Shown here one piece after another: positions 9,426 through 19,217 of a stretch of DNA of 64,000 bases. This stretch comes from Deltaproteobacteria bacterium (lineage in GTDB: Bacteria; Desulfobacterota; Syntrophobacteria; BM002). The stretch is taken from positions 309 to 64,308 of the forward strand of contig JAFDGZ010000008.1 in NCBI GenBank assembly GCA_019309045.1, written 5' to 3'. Both the position numbers and the translations under genes were made by a program. Position 1 is the stretch's first letter. The number at the start of each line of letters is the position of its first letter. The notes under the pieces were generated by a model. The model worked only from the letters and a program-made list of their open reading frames with translations, was not told where the DNA came from and made no database searches.

Positions 9426-10328
9426 TCAAGGCTCCTGGCTGGAGAAGCGGATGCCGCCTTCGCTGCCATCTGCGGCCTCCAGGGAAAAAACTTTGATGAG
9501 CTCCATCAGCGGCCTGCCAAAAAGAAAATCCATTTCCGCTGCTCTTTGCGGCAGGCTCTCGGCAAAAGAGGCCCGCCAATGAGCGTCGGCCTGCAGCATT
9601 GCCAACAATTGCTCGCCGCCCTGCCGCCCTCCAGTTTCACGGAACCGCTGACACGCCAGGTACAACTGCTCCACCCCGCAGCGCTCCTCGTGACTCTGGA
9701 GCAGATTCAGTACCTCCCTGTTCTGCTGGAACAGATCACGGCGGCTCAGCTTCCGTCGCTGCCACAATCGTTCCAGTTGCCCGGGATCCCAGCATGCCTG
9801 CACGCGGCACTGCAGGGGGCGATGCTGGTATAGGGCGCAGCGGCCACGGTCAGCCTGGTAAAAAATGCACTGAGTCGTTCCCTGCTGCTGTTTGACTTTT
9901 ATCAGTTCCACTGGCAGCCTTGCCAGCCTGCCTGCCAGGTTGAAGTTGACGAGTTCACCCTTTCTCAGGGTGTAGAGCTGGCCGGGCAAAATCACGCCCT
10001 GCTGCAGAAGATCCACATCTTCTGGATGCAGTGAGGGAGTGGATCTTCGACAGCACTCCCCACAGCGAATGCAATACGGCCTGCGCCGGTAGGCTGCCTG
10101 CACCATGAAGCTTCTCAGCTGCTGCCAACCGCGCTGCCGCTGAGCTGCATCAAACCTGTCCCAGGACCGCTGGAGGCTCAGATAGCATTCGTCTTGCTGC
10201 ACCTCGGCAAGGAGTTCCGCAAAACAGTCCGGGACGCGCAGCTCGGCAACTACCTGCCGCAGGGCCGTCTTCACCGCGGCCAGGAGTCCGCTGCTGGTGG
10301 TTGGCAAAACAGCCTGTTCTCTATCCAT
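9426..10328 (-). CDS. YkgJ-like cysteine-cluster (CxxCxxCC) protein
   Basis: CIRCGECC, CIFY, CALYQHRPLQCR; start taken at MDREQ (uncertain). Confidence 0.8.
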   Translation of the reverse strand: MDREQAVLPTTSSGLLAAVKTALRQVVAELRVPDCFAELLAEVQQDECYLSLQRSWDRFDAAQRQRGWQQLRSFMVQAAYRRRPYCIRCGECCRRSTPSLHPEDVDLLQQGVILPGQLYTLRKGELVNFNLAGRLARLPVELIKVKQQQGTTQCIFYQADRGRCALYQHRPLQCRVQACWDPGQLERLWQRRKLSRRDLFQQNREVLNLLQSHEERCGVEQLYLACQRFRETGGRQGGEQLLAMLQADAHWRASFAESLPQRAAEMDFLFGRPLMELIKVFSLEAADGSEGGIRFSSQEP

Positions 10329-10512
10329 GAGCACTTGCTCCGGTGTGTACTCCAGGTACGGCCAGGATCTTTCGTCTTTCCCGCCCGCCGCCAGGCAAAG
10401 CAGCAGCAGGCGGCCTCCCTGGCACATCAACAATGAGCCACCCTCCCGAGGGCGCAGCCTCTGCCTTTTCTGGTACCCCCCTGACAGCCGAGCTCCTCGT
10501 CCCCAGTACCCT

Positions 10513-12624
10513 TCAGCAAGTCCCAAGCAGTGCGGCTGCCTGCTCATTCTGACGCTGCAGCTTGCTCCTGATGGCTGCGTGCTCGGGCTTTTCTATCTCC
10601 GGATCCCTGGCTATCAGTGCCATAGCCGCTCGGCGAGCACCCCTGAGAATGCCAACATCACGCAGCAGGTTGGCCATCTTCAAATTAGCAAAACCGCTCT
10701 GCTGCACACCTGCCAGTTCGCCCGGCCCTCTCAGCCGCAGGTCTTCTTCGGCTATGCGGAAGCCGTCGTTGGTCTGCTCCATGATAGCCAGACGCGCTCT
10801 GCTCTCTCTGCCCCCTCCCTGGTGGACCAGAATACAGTGAGAGGGGTGTTTGCCGCGCCCCACCCGACCCCGAAGTTGATGCAGCTGCGAAAGGCCAAAT
10901 CTCTCCGGGTGTTCGATTACCATAACAGTGGCATCCGGCACATCAATGCCCACCTCGATAACTGTAGTAGCCACCAGCAGCTGAATCTTTTTCCGGGCGA
11001 AATCAGTCATGATTGCCTGTTTTTCCTCAGAAGACAGACGGCCATGCAGCATGCCCACCTTGATATCAGGAAAAACCTGGTCTTGTAGATGAGATGTCAT
11101 GCTTACCACATCCTGCAGTTCGGAATTCTCGGATTCCTCCACCAGGGGGTAAATGACATAGGCCTGGCGCCCCAGGAGAAACTCCTGCCGCAGCAGCTCA
11201 TAGACTCGCTTCCTCTCCCTGGCCTCCAGAACTACGGTTTGCACCTGCGGCCGTCCTGGCGGCAGTTCATCAATGGTGGATACCTCGAGGTCACCGTAGA
11301 GTGTCATAGCCAGGGTCCGGGGTATTGGGGTGGCAGTCATCACCAGCAGGTGCGGATTCACCCCCTTGCGCCGCAGAGCTAGACGCTGCAGCACGCCAAA
11401 GCGATGTTGTTCATCAATGATCACCAGTCCCAGCCTGTTGAAAGTGACCCGCTCCTGAATAAGTGCATGGGTGCCCACCACCAGGCTGGCTTCGCCCCTG
11501 GCAATTGCTTCGGTGCGGCTCTTTTTTTCGGCTGCGGCAATTCTAGAAGTGAGCAGCGTAAACGGTATGCCCAGGGCACGAGCATAGCTCGCCATATTGA
11601 AGAAGTGCTGCTGGGCAAGTATCTCGGTCGGCGCCATCACTGCAGCCTGGAAGCCATTGGCAATGACAATGAGGGCTGTCAGCAGGGCCACAATGGTCTT
11701 GCCGCAGCCCACATCCCCCTGCACCAGCCGATTCATTGCTCTGCCGCTGCTGAGGTCAGCTGCTATCTCTCGCATTACTCTTCTCTGGGCTGCGGTTAAT
11801 TTGAAAGGCAGGAGCTTGCCCACCCTGCGGAGGAAGTCCTTGTCGAGTGTCATGGCCTGGCCGGCCTCGCCACAAAGCCTTTGCCTGCCTCTGAGTATCT
11901 GCAGTTCCAGAAAAAAGAGTTCTTCGAAGATCAGTCGACGAAGTTCTGGAGACACTGTGCTGCTGGGGTACTTCTCAGGGCCTCTGCTGGGAAAATGGAC
12001 TTGCCGCAGGGCCGTCTGCAAGTCGAGCAGATCAAAGTAACGGCGGACAGCTGCAGGCAGCGTCTCCGGAACCCTGGGCACATAACAATTCACCACCTCA
12101 GCCATGAGGCGACGATAGGTCCTGCGGCTCACCCCTGGAATGGCGCTGTAGCGGGGAACAATGCCGCCTATTTCTTGTTGGCCGGCCTCCACTTCCTCCA
12201 CCTCCGGGTGGTGCATCTCCAATCTGCCGCCAAAGAGGCGCAGGGTGCCGCTCACTCGAACCTTGCCACGGACTCTGTTGAACCGCTTCACCAACCAGGC
12301 GCCATAATGGAACCACTTGGCCGTAACCAGCCCGCTGCCGTCGCTCAGAACCACCTCCAACAAACGCCGGCGCCGGTATTGAACTTCTTTGGCTGAGAAA
12401 ATGTTGGCCACAAAACTGACATACTCACCGGCACGGAGTTCGTTGATCCGTCTGCCACCACGGTGATCAACATAGCCCACAGGCAGATTGAACAGAAGGT
12501 CTTCCACGGTGGTCAGGCCTCGTGCCTCCAACTTGCGGGCCAGCTGAGGGCCGACGCCCTTGACGACCTGCACCGATTGCCGCAGGGGGTCTGCACAGAG
12601 CAGTTCAGATTGTTGGCCAGCCAT
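10513..12624 (-). CDS. recG: ATP-dependent DNA helicase RecG
   Basis: QGDVGCGKT, DEQHRFG, TATPIPRTL, QLRGRVGRG, DLRLRGPGE. Confidence 0.97.
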   Translation of the reverse strand: MAGQQSELLCADPLRQSVQVVKGVGPQLARKLEARGLTTVEDLLFNLPVGYVDHRGGRRINELRAGEYVSFVANIFSAKEVQYRRRRLLEVVLSDGSGLVTAKWFHYGAWLVKRFNRVRGKVRVSGTLRLFGGRLEMHHPEVEEVEAGQQEIGGIVPRYSAIPGVSRRTYRRLMAEVVNCYVPRVPETLPAAVRRYFDLLDLQTALRQVHFPSRGPEKYPSSTVSPELRRLIFEELFFLELQILRGRQRLCGEAGQAMTLDKDFLRRVGKLLPFKLTAAQRRVMREIAADLSSGRAMNRLVQGDVGCGKTIVALLTALIVIANGFQAAVMAPTEILAQQHFFNMASYARALGIPFTLLTSRIAAAEKKSRTEAIARGEASLVVGTHALIQERVTFNRLGLVIIDEQHRFGVLQRLALRRKGVNPHLLVMTATPIPRTLAMTLYGDLEVSTIDELPPGRPQVQTVVLEARERKRVYELLRQEFLLGRQAYVIYPLVEESENSELQDVVSMTSHLQDQVFPDIKVGMLHGRLSSEEKQAIMTDFARKKIQLLVATTVIEVGIDVPDATVMVIEHPERFGLSQLHQLRGRVGRGKHPSHCILVHQGGGRESRARLAIMEQTNDGFRIAEEDLRLRGPGELAGVQQSGFANLKMANLLRDVGILRGARRAAMALIARDPEIEKPEHAAIRSKLQRQNEQAAALLGTC

Positions 12625-12771
12625 ATCGACAATCTCCGCCGCTGTCAGTTGTTATCACAGAGGGATATTCGGCACAAGTACATCTCACGGCAGGGCATGC
12701 TGCCAGGATAGCTTCCGGCAGCAGCGCCTGTCCTCGTCCAGCAAGAGGACAGCTTTCCCCTGTTGCCGGGA

Positions 12772-14772
12772 TCAGAACAGGCTCAGCTGCTTTTCTCTGG
12801 AGGATTTTTTCTTGCTGCTTCTTGCAGCAACAGCCACCCTGTCCACATACTCCGGGGGGATCTCGCTGAGAAACCGGGAAGGCTCCAGCAGCACTTTCTC
12901 ACCGAAAAGGAACCGACGCCGGGCGCTGCTCAACACCAGGGTGTGCCGAGCCCGCGTCATGGCCACGTAGAAGAGGCGACGCTCCTCCTCCATTTCCTCC
13001 TTCTGCAGCTGCCGGCGCAGCAGCGGAAACAACCCCTGGTCCATACCACAGACAAAAATTACCGGGAACTCCAACCCTTTAACAGCATGCACAGTCATCA
13101 GAGAGACAGCATCTGCCCGGGGATCGTAGAAATCATTCTCCTGCCAGAAGCGCAAATCCTCCAAAAAGGCGGCAAGCGTCCGCTGGGCAGGCTCCGGGCC
13201 ATACAGAGGGGCAAGAGTTTGCAGCCACTGGTAGCTCTCCGAGGCAGTCGCACTGCGCTGGCCGAAATAATCGCTGAGTCCTGTCATCTTCCAGGCCCTC
13301 TCCAGGACTGTTGTCAACGGTTCCGTGGCAACAAGTCTCTGAAGCTCTGCCACAACGCCGTGCAATTGTTGGAAGCCGCCCTGGTAGCGCCCCGGCAGAT
13401 CGTCTGTCCGGCAGGACAGACAGAGCGCCTCCCAGGCCGAGCCCCCGGTGCCTGTCAACCGCTCGGCAAACCACTGCCTGGCCTTGGCACCAAGGCCCCG
13501 GGGGGGCACATCAAGGATAAGGGGCAAGTCGTCTTCACTGGAGGGATTGGCGGCAAAGTGAAGATACGCCAACAAGGTTTCTGCCGCCCTGGTAGCAAAT
13601 GGCGCCTTGCCGCCGACAGTCTGAAACGGGATGCCAGCCTGCGACAGCGCTTCTTGCAGAGGCCTGTTCTGGACATGGGTACGGTAGAGAATAGCAATAT
13701 CGCTGAAACAAAATTGGCCATCGTCAGGGGTGTCCACATAGTCTTGTTGATACAGGCGGTAATGACTGCTGCCACCGAGCAACCGCTCGATCTCTTCCAC
13801 CACAAAGCGCGCTTCCTGGAATTCGTCTCTGCAGCGAGCCACACGCAGCAAGGGCCCCTGGGCAGCAGCACTCCAGAGAGCGCAGCTCAGAGGATTGTTG
13901 TTCCGAGAAATTACTGCGGTGGCTGCAGCAAGGATTCGTTTGCTGCAGCGGTAGTTCTGCTGCAGCCTGATGACAGCTGCCTCAGGGTAGTCTTCCTGGA
14001 ATCTGTGGAAAATGTCCACATGAGAACCCCGAAAAGAATAGATCGACTGATCAGAATCCCCCACGACCCACAGATTGCGGTGGGCAGCAGTGATAACCTG
14101 CACCCAGCGATACTGGGCCCTGTTGACATCCTGGAATTCATCGACGAGCACCGCGGCAAAGGCCCGTTGATGTCGCTGCCGCACCTGCTGATCCCTGCTC
14201 CAGAGCTGGAGCAATAAACCTATGAGATCATCAAAATCGAGCAGGTCTCTCCGCAGCTTTTCCTGCTGATAGAGTTCATACAGGCTGGCGAACTCTTCTC
14301 CCTCCGTGGCTGCCAGCTCTTTGGCTGTCAACAGCTCTCCCTGGGCAAGGGAGATGCGGTTGCGCACCTCCTGGAGCTGCCAGCGGGGGCTGCTCAGGTT
14401 TTTCTGCTGGAGAATCTCTTTGATGAGAGCAAGCTGGTCTGCTTCGCTCAGGAGGCTCTGCTGACCGTGGTCCCCAGTGGCCTCTCGTAACAGTGCCCCA
14501 GAGAGAGAATGGAAGGTGCCGATTCTTGTTGTCTTGATATCCGGAATGTGCGGCAGCAGTGCGGCCAGCCGGCTCTTCATTTCATTGGCGGCTTTTCTGG
14601 TAAAAGTAACCGCCATGATCCTTGCCGGCGCAGCCTCCTTTTGCTGGATGAGATGGGCCAACCTGTAGACCAGAGTTCTCGTTTTTCCAGTGCCGGCTCC
14701 TGCCAGGATGAGCACGGGGCCATTGCCGTACTCCACGGCCTTTCTTTGGGCTGCATTGAGATTGGCAATCAT
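12772..14772 (-). CDS. UvrD/PcrA-family SF1 helicase
   Basis: AGAGTGKT, DEFQD, GDSDQSIYSFRG, HAVKGLEF, EERRLFYVAMTRA; ends QLSLF. Confidence 0.93.
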   Translation of the reverse strand: MIANLNAAQRKAVEYGNGPVLILAGAGTGKTRTLVYRLAHLIQQKEAAPARIMAVTFTRKAANEMKSRLAALLPHIPDIKTTRIGTFHSLSGALLREATGDHGQQSLLSEADQLALIKEILQQKNLSSPRWQLQEVRNRISLAQGELLTAKELAATEGEEFASLYELYQQEKLRRDLLDFDDLIGLLLQLWSRDQQVRQRHQRAFAAVLVDEFQDVNRAQYRWVQVITAAHRNLWVVGDSDQSIYSFRGSHVDIFHRFQEDYPEAAVIRLQQNYRCSKRILAAATAVISRNNNPLSCALWSAAAQGPLLRVARCRDEFQEARFVVEEIERLLGGSSHYRLYQQDYVDTPDDGQFCFSDIAILYRTHVQNRPLQEALSQAGIPFQTVGGKAPFATRAAETLLAYLHFAANPSSEDDLPLILDVPPRGLGAKARQWFAERLTGTGGSAWEALCLSCRTDDLPGRYQGGFQQLHGVVAELQRLVATEPLTTVLERAWKMTGLSDYFGQRSATASESYQWLQTLAPLYGPEPAQRTLAAFLEDLRFWQENDFYDPRADAVSLMTVHAVKGLEFPVIFVCGMDQGLFPLLRRQLQKEEMEEERRLFYVAMTRARHTLVLSSARRRFLFGEKVLLEPSRFLSEIPPEYVDRVAVAARSSKKKSSREKQLSLF

Positions 14773-14839
14773 CAACTCCGCTCACGGCAGCCAGAGCTAG
14801 ATCTTAGCAGTGGCCGACCTTCAGCCAGACTCACCAGGT

Positions 14840-16126
14840 TCAAAATAGACCTAGCTGACCCGAAAGTTCTCTCCTTTCCTCGCCGTCAAACACCCGTATG
14901 GTGCCAAACTCCCCATCATAGCCAGGCGAAATGCTCACCTGCCCCTCTCTTACCTTAGCAATGCCTGCAGCCAGCAGATTGTAGCCAAGGCTTCTCAATC
15001 TTTGCAGCTCCTCCTCGACCAGGATGTGGTACTCATTGCCGAATCTGCTCAAGAGCTCCATATAGAGCTTGTCCACCTTCTTGCTGTTCATCCCCACCTG
15101 CTCTATCTCTGCGATGATTTCTGCCAGGGGTATGAGAGCTCGAAATGGCAGGGCGCCGGGTGGACGATGACCCGGGGGGAAATCTGCCAGCTCCTCCACC
15201 CGGTGCATCACCCCCACAGTGACAGGTCGGTTGCACCTGGGGCAAAGACCTCCTGCCTTTCTGGTCTCCTCGGGTGACAGTCGTATTTGACAAGAGCGGT
15301 GACCGTCGTAATGATATTTGCCCTCTTGCGGGAAAAATTCAATTGTCCCGAGGAACGCCCTGTTGTGCGGTTCGCAGATCGCCCTCATGATAGCAGCATA
15401 GGTGAGATCCGTGTCGAACAGATTTGCTTCCCGCATGAGCTTGGCCGGCGAATGGGCATCGGAGTTGGATATGAGGCGCACATTTGCCAAATCTGCCAGC
15501 CGCCAGTTCATGGGTGGATCCGAGGAGAGGCCAGTCTCTATAGCCGGAATGAGGGGAGTCAGCTCTTCAAAGCACTCCTGCAGACTGTCGAAACCGGATC
15601 TGGCGCCGAGTATGGAAAAGTGAGGCGTCCAGGCGTGCGCTGGCACCAGAACGATCTCCTCTGATACCTCCCTGGCAATCTTCAGGAGCTCCTTGGCGTC
15701 TAGACCCAAGATCGGCCGTCCGTCCGAGGCAATATTGCCGATGCGCGCCAGAGCTGCTTGCAGAGCCGCGGCACTTTGCATCTCCGGCAAGAAAAGGAGA
15801 CTATGAATTTTGCGAACCCGGCCGTCTTTTTTGTAGATACTGCTGATTTCAGCGCTCAGCAAAAACCGCACCGGGGAGCGGCAGCGCCCGGGAACGGCCT
15901 GATCGACTGCTTCTGCCAGATCCGCCCTGAGCTTATAGAGACCGGCTTCAGCAGGGACCAGTTTCTCTTGCAGTTCACTGAGCCAGCCAGGGTGGCAGCA
16001 GTCTCCTGTACCCAGAACAGTGATCCCCTTGAGCTGCGCCCAGCGGTGCAGCTGTTCAGGGATCATTGCCTTGCTCGTGGCTACCGAGTAATGGGAATGA
16101 ATGTGCAGATCGGCTAGGAAGCGCAA
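14840..16126 (-). CDS. Endonuclease Q family PHP-domain protein
   Basis: DLHIHSHYS, PAHAWTP, ETGLSSD, NSDAHS, GKYHYDGHRSC..CPRC, PGYDGEFG; TTG start after GAGGAG; ends QLGLF. Confidence 0.9.
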   Translation of the reverse strand: MRFLADLHIHSHYSVATSKAMIPEQLHRWAQLKGITVLGTGDCCHPGWLSELQEKLVPAEAGLYKLRADLAEAVDQAVPGRCRSPVRFLLSAEISSIYKKDGRVRKIHSLLFLPEMQSAAALQAALARIGNIASDGRPILGLDAKELLKIAREVSEEIVLVPAHAWTPHFSILGARSGFDSLQECFEELTPLIPAIETGLSSDPPMNWRLADLANVRLISNSDAHSPAKLMREANLFDTDLTYAAIMRAICEPHNRAFLGTIEFFPQEGKYHYDGHRSCQIRLSPEETRKAGGLCPRCNRPVTVGVMHRVEELADFPPGHRPPGALPFRALIPLAEIIAEIEQVGMNSKKVDKLYMELLSRFGNEYHILVEEELQRLRSLGYNLLAAGIAKVREGQVSISPGYDGEFGTIRVFDGEERRELSGQLGLF

Positions 16127-16240
16127 AAGATACTCCTCTGGAGGTGCGCAATAGAATTCATGGTCGTGCAAGGTTGGCAGGTCGGGCCGGTTCGAACGGA
16201 CCCTACTGTAACGGAGATGACCGGCAAATGCAAGCCTGTC

Positions 16241-17437
16241 TCACATCGGCTGCAGTACCTGCAGAAAAGCACACTTGAGATATTCACTTTCAGGGTGACC
16301 CAGGAGGATCGGGTGATCCCTGGCCTGGGTAAACATGCCAAGGAGTCGAAGCTGTTTGCCCGCTGCCCGAGCCGCCCGCACCAGCACCTTGCGGAAGCGC
16401 TCCGAGCTGAGATGGTGTGAACAGGAGCAGCTTATGAGGAGGCCCTCTGGAGGGAGAAGCTTCATGGCCCTTCTGTTCAGATTGACATAGCCCTGTTCTC
16501 CCTGTACCAGTCTCGCCTTTGTCTTGACAAAGGCCGGGGGATCCAGAATGATGAGGTCGAAGCGTTCCTCTGTGTCAGCCAGGAAAGCAAAAATGTCCTG
16601 CCGTTCGAACCGACAGCAGTGTACCAGGCCGTTCTGGGCGGCATTCAGTCTAGCACCTTCCAGCGCCTGCGCCGAGACGTCCACCCCCACCACCTCGCGG
16701 GCACCACACCTGGCAGCATGCAGTGCCCAGGCGCCCTGGTAGCAACAGCCGTCCAGTACCCGTGCTGCTGCTGCCACCCTGTCAACCAGCAGCCAATTTT
16801 CACGCTGATCAAGGAAAAGGCCTGTCTTCTGGCCATTCAGTAGATCCACATGCAGGGAGAGCCCATGAATATCCACCCTGAGATCATCGGGGAGCCTTCC
16901 CCTTGCCACACCTTTCTCCAGTGGTAGATCTTCGAGCAGTCTTGCCGGTGCATCATTGCGTACAGTGATTGATGCTGGCCGCAGAACTTCCTGCAAAACG
17001 TCCAGCAGAGTCGATTCCAGGCGGGACATTCCCTGGGTCAGGGTCTGCAGCACCACATGAGAGGCATAGTAGTCTACAATGAGACCGGGGAGGAAATCTC
17101 CTTCAGAAAAGACCAACCGCAGCACCTGGGCATCAGGCAAAAATCGCCGCCGTCTTGCCAGAGCAGCCAGCAAGCGGCTTTTCAAGAAATCTCTGTCTAT
17201 GTTCACCTGCCGACGGCTGAGCAGACGTATGCTGATCAGAGAGTGCGGATTGAGGTGGCCGACTCCGAGAAACCTTCCCTGCCAGGAGATCACTCGCACC
17301 AGCAGGCCTGGTTCAATCCCCTGCAGTGAGTCATGGATTTCATTACTGAAAACCCACGAGTGTCCTGTGAGCAGCCGTCTTTCTTCGTTTTTCTTGAGCC
17401 GCAGTGTGGGTATGTTGTCAGTGGTTGGCACCGCCAA
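16241..17437 (-). CDS. RlmI/RlmK-like class I SAM rRNA methyltransferase
   Basis: GHSWVFSNEI (PUA-like), GQKTGLFLDQREN, LDPPAF, SCSCSHH, DHP. Confidence 0.9.
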   Translation of the reverse strand: MAVPTTDNIPTLRLKKNEERRLLTGHSWVFSNEIHDSLQGIEPGLLVRVISWQGRFLGVGHLNPHSLISIRLLSRRQVNIDRDFLKSRLLAALARRRRFLPDAQVLRLVFSEGDFLPGLIVDYYASHVVLQTLTQGMSRLESTLLDVLQEVLRPASITVRNDAPARLLEDLPLEKGVARGRLPDDLRVDIHGLSLHVDLLNGQKTGLFLDQRENWLLVDRVAAAARVLDGCCYQGAWALHAARCGAREVVGVDVSAQALEGARLNAAQNGLVHCCRFERQDIFAFLADTEERFDLIILDPPAFVKTKARLVQGEQGYVNLNRRAMKLLPPEGLLISCSCSHHLSSERFRKVLVRAARAAGKQLRLLGMFTQARDHPILLGHPESEYLKCAFLQVLQPM

Positions 17438-17451
17438 CCTCGCTAGGAGGC
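17423..17451 (-). promoter_or_regulatory. Putative bacterial SECIS element
   Basis: After the UGA: 12 nt, then GGTTGGC-GGT-GCCAACC (7-bp perfect stem); apical G lies 20 nt after the UGA. Confidence 0.7.
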
Positions 17452-17655
17452 TCAGGAAAATCCGGAACTGCTGCAGCCGGAGGCCGCGGCAGTGCCAGAC
17501 CCCGTAGAGGAAGTTGTGCAGGCAAAAGCTGACAGTAGACGCTCCACCTGCTCCGCCCCGCAGTGAGGGCAGCTGGGCGCGGGCTCGTCAGTTTTGAAGA
17601 CCAGAGTTTCAAAACATTCGTTGCAGGAGCAGCAGCGGTATTCGTATATTGGCAT
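17443..17655 (-). CDS. FmdB-family zinc-ribbon protein, probable selenoprotein (Sec at TGA 17452-17454)
   Basis: MPIYEYRCCSC...CPHCG...RLLSAF; ends GCSSSGFS-TGA-GCC-TCC-TAG followed by a hairpin; without readthrough the CDS is 17452..17655. Confidence 0.85.
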
Positions 17656-17916
17656 GACAAACCTCCCTGAGAACAAGCTTCGACAGTATAATAAACATCC
17701 TCGACAAATGATGCAACTGTCAAGAAACTCGGTAATTTGTAGATCCTGGCCCACAAGCCCCCTGGCACCGATGATAATTCTCTCCCCCAGGCACATCTGA
17801 GGGGACCGCATATCTGCAAAGCCTGGCAGACATTGACTTTCGCGATGAAATTTTCTATATAGATATCAAACAGTTCAATGGGCACTAATCTATAAACCAC
17901 GGCTTACAGGTCGTTT

Positions 17917-18903
17917 ATGCCTGCCAATCTGCCACCAGAGTATCTGGAAGCTGAACAGCGTCTGCGTGCCGCCAGGAGCCCGGCAGAAAAGATCAGCTGT
18001 CTAGAAGCAATGCTCACTGCTATGCCCAAGCACAAGGGCACCGACAAGCTCAGAGCCGCCCTGCGCCGGCGAATTTCCAAGCTTAAAGCCGCAGCTCAGA
18101 CCAAGAAGTCAATAAGCAAGAAGGAGTCTGCCTTCCGCATTGACAAGGAAGGCGCCGGACAGGTAGTGCTGGTGGGGCCACCGAACGTGGGGAAGTCGGC
18201 ACTGGTTGCCGCACTGACCAATGCCAACCCTGAAGTGGCTGACTTTCCTCATACTACCTGGCGACCCACACCCGGGATGATGCCTGTGGCCAACATCCAG
18301 GTGCAGCTCATTGACACGCCGCCCCTGACAAAAGAGTACGTGGAGCCCGAGCTGCTGGCTCTCATTCGCAGGGCGGATCTCATAGTGGTAGTGGTTGATC
18401 TGAACACAGATCCCATGCAGCACCTGGAGGATGTCATTGCTCTGCTGCGCGAACACCGCATAGCACCGCGTCGTTACCAGCAGCAATGCCAGGAACAGCA
18501 CCGCTGGACTTTTATGCCCTTCCTTGTCCTGGCGAACAAGAGTGACGATGAGACAAGCGTCGAGAATGAGGAAATCTTCCGGGAGTTGATGGACGAGGAC
18601 TGGCCGTTGGTTGCGGCTTCAGCCGCCACAGGACGCAACCTGGAGCTCTTCAAGCAGGCGGTTGTGGAACGCTTGGAAATCATCCGGGTGTATTCAAAAG
18701 CGCCTGGCAAAGAAGCTGACCGCTCTGCTCCCTTCATATTGAAAAAAGGCAGCACTGTGGCTGATTTTGCCGCAAAAATTCACAAGGATTTTCTAGAGAA
18801 ACTCAAGTGCGCCAAGATATGGGGTACTGCTGTATTTGACGGCCAGATGGTAAATCGCGATCACGTCCTCAAAGACGAGGACGTGGTGGAGCTGCACGTC
18901 TGA
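17917..18903 (+). CDS. DRG/OBG-like GTPase with C-terminal TGS domain
   Basis: MPANLPPEY, PKHKGT, GPPNVGKS, DTPP, NKSD; TGS-like tail HVLKDEDVVELH. Confidence 0.9.
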   Translation: MPANLPPEYLEAEQRLRAARSPAEKISCLEAMLTAMPKHKGTDKLRAALRRRISKLKAAAQTKKSISKKESAFRIDKEGAGQVVLVGPPNVGKSALVAALTNANPEVADFPHTTWRPTPGMMPVANIQVQLIDTPPLTKEYVEPELLALIRRADLIVVVVDLNTDPMQHLEDVIALLREHRIAPRRYQQQCQEQHRWTFMPFLVLANKSDDETSVENEEIFRELMDEDWPLVAASAATGRNLELFKQAVVERLEIIRVYSKAPGKEADRSAPFILKKGSTVADFAAKIHKDFLEKLKCAKIWGTAVFDGQMVNRDHVLKDEDVVELHV

Positions 18904-19217
18904 GCGCCTCCCTGCTACCTTATCGCTCCCATCCCCTACATAGCGCAGCTGACCAGGTTCTCCGCCTGTTTGCTGAGTGCAGTTGGGGTGCTGGCACTCG
19001 GCACATGATGGGGGCCGCTGACGGGATTTGCCGCGGTGCTCTCTCCGACTGCCGCTATAGCCTGCCGAGCATTCGTGATTTTTTTCTTCTTGACAGGTGT
19101 ACATAGACTGCTTAATTTCCTATTTGGCTAGTAGTAGTTTGACAGAACTGGTAAGCTGGCTCAGCGACAGACCAGGTCTTGTGGGTGAAGTAAGAAAGAT
19201 GCTGGGAGTGAAAACGG

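Noticed and set aside
12763-14217. 484-aa plus-strand ORF
   Set aside because: Antisense shadow of the uvrD-like gene with no recognisable motifs. The same applies to 32607..33950, 57584..58786, 62886..63962 and 1968..2789.
14692-14700. GCCGGCTCC match to the tRNA-Thr 3' end as an att site
   Set aside because: Only 9 bp, inside the uvrD Walker A codons and on the wrong side of the tRNA.
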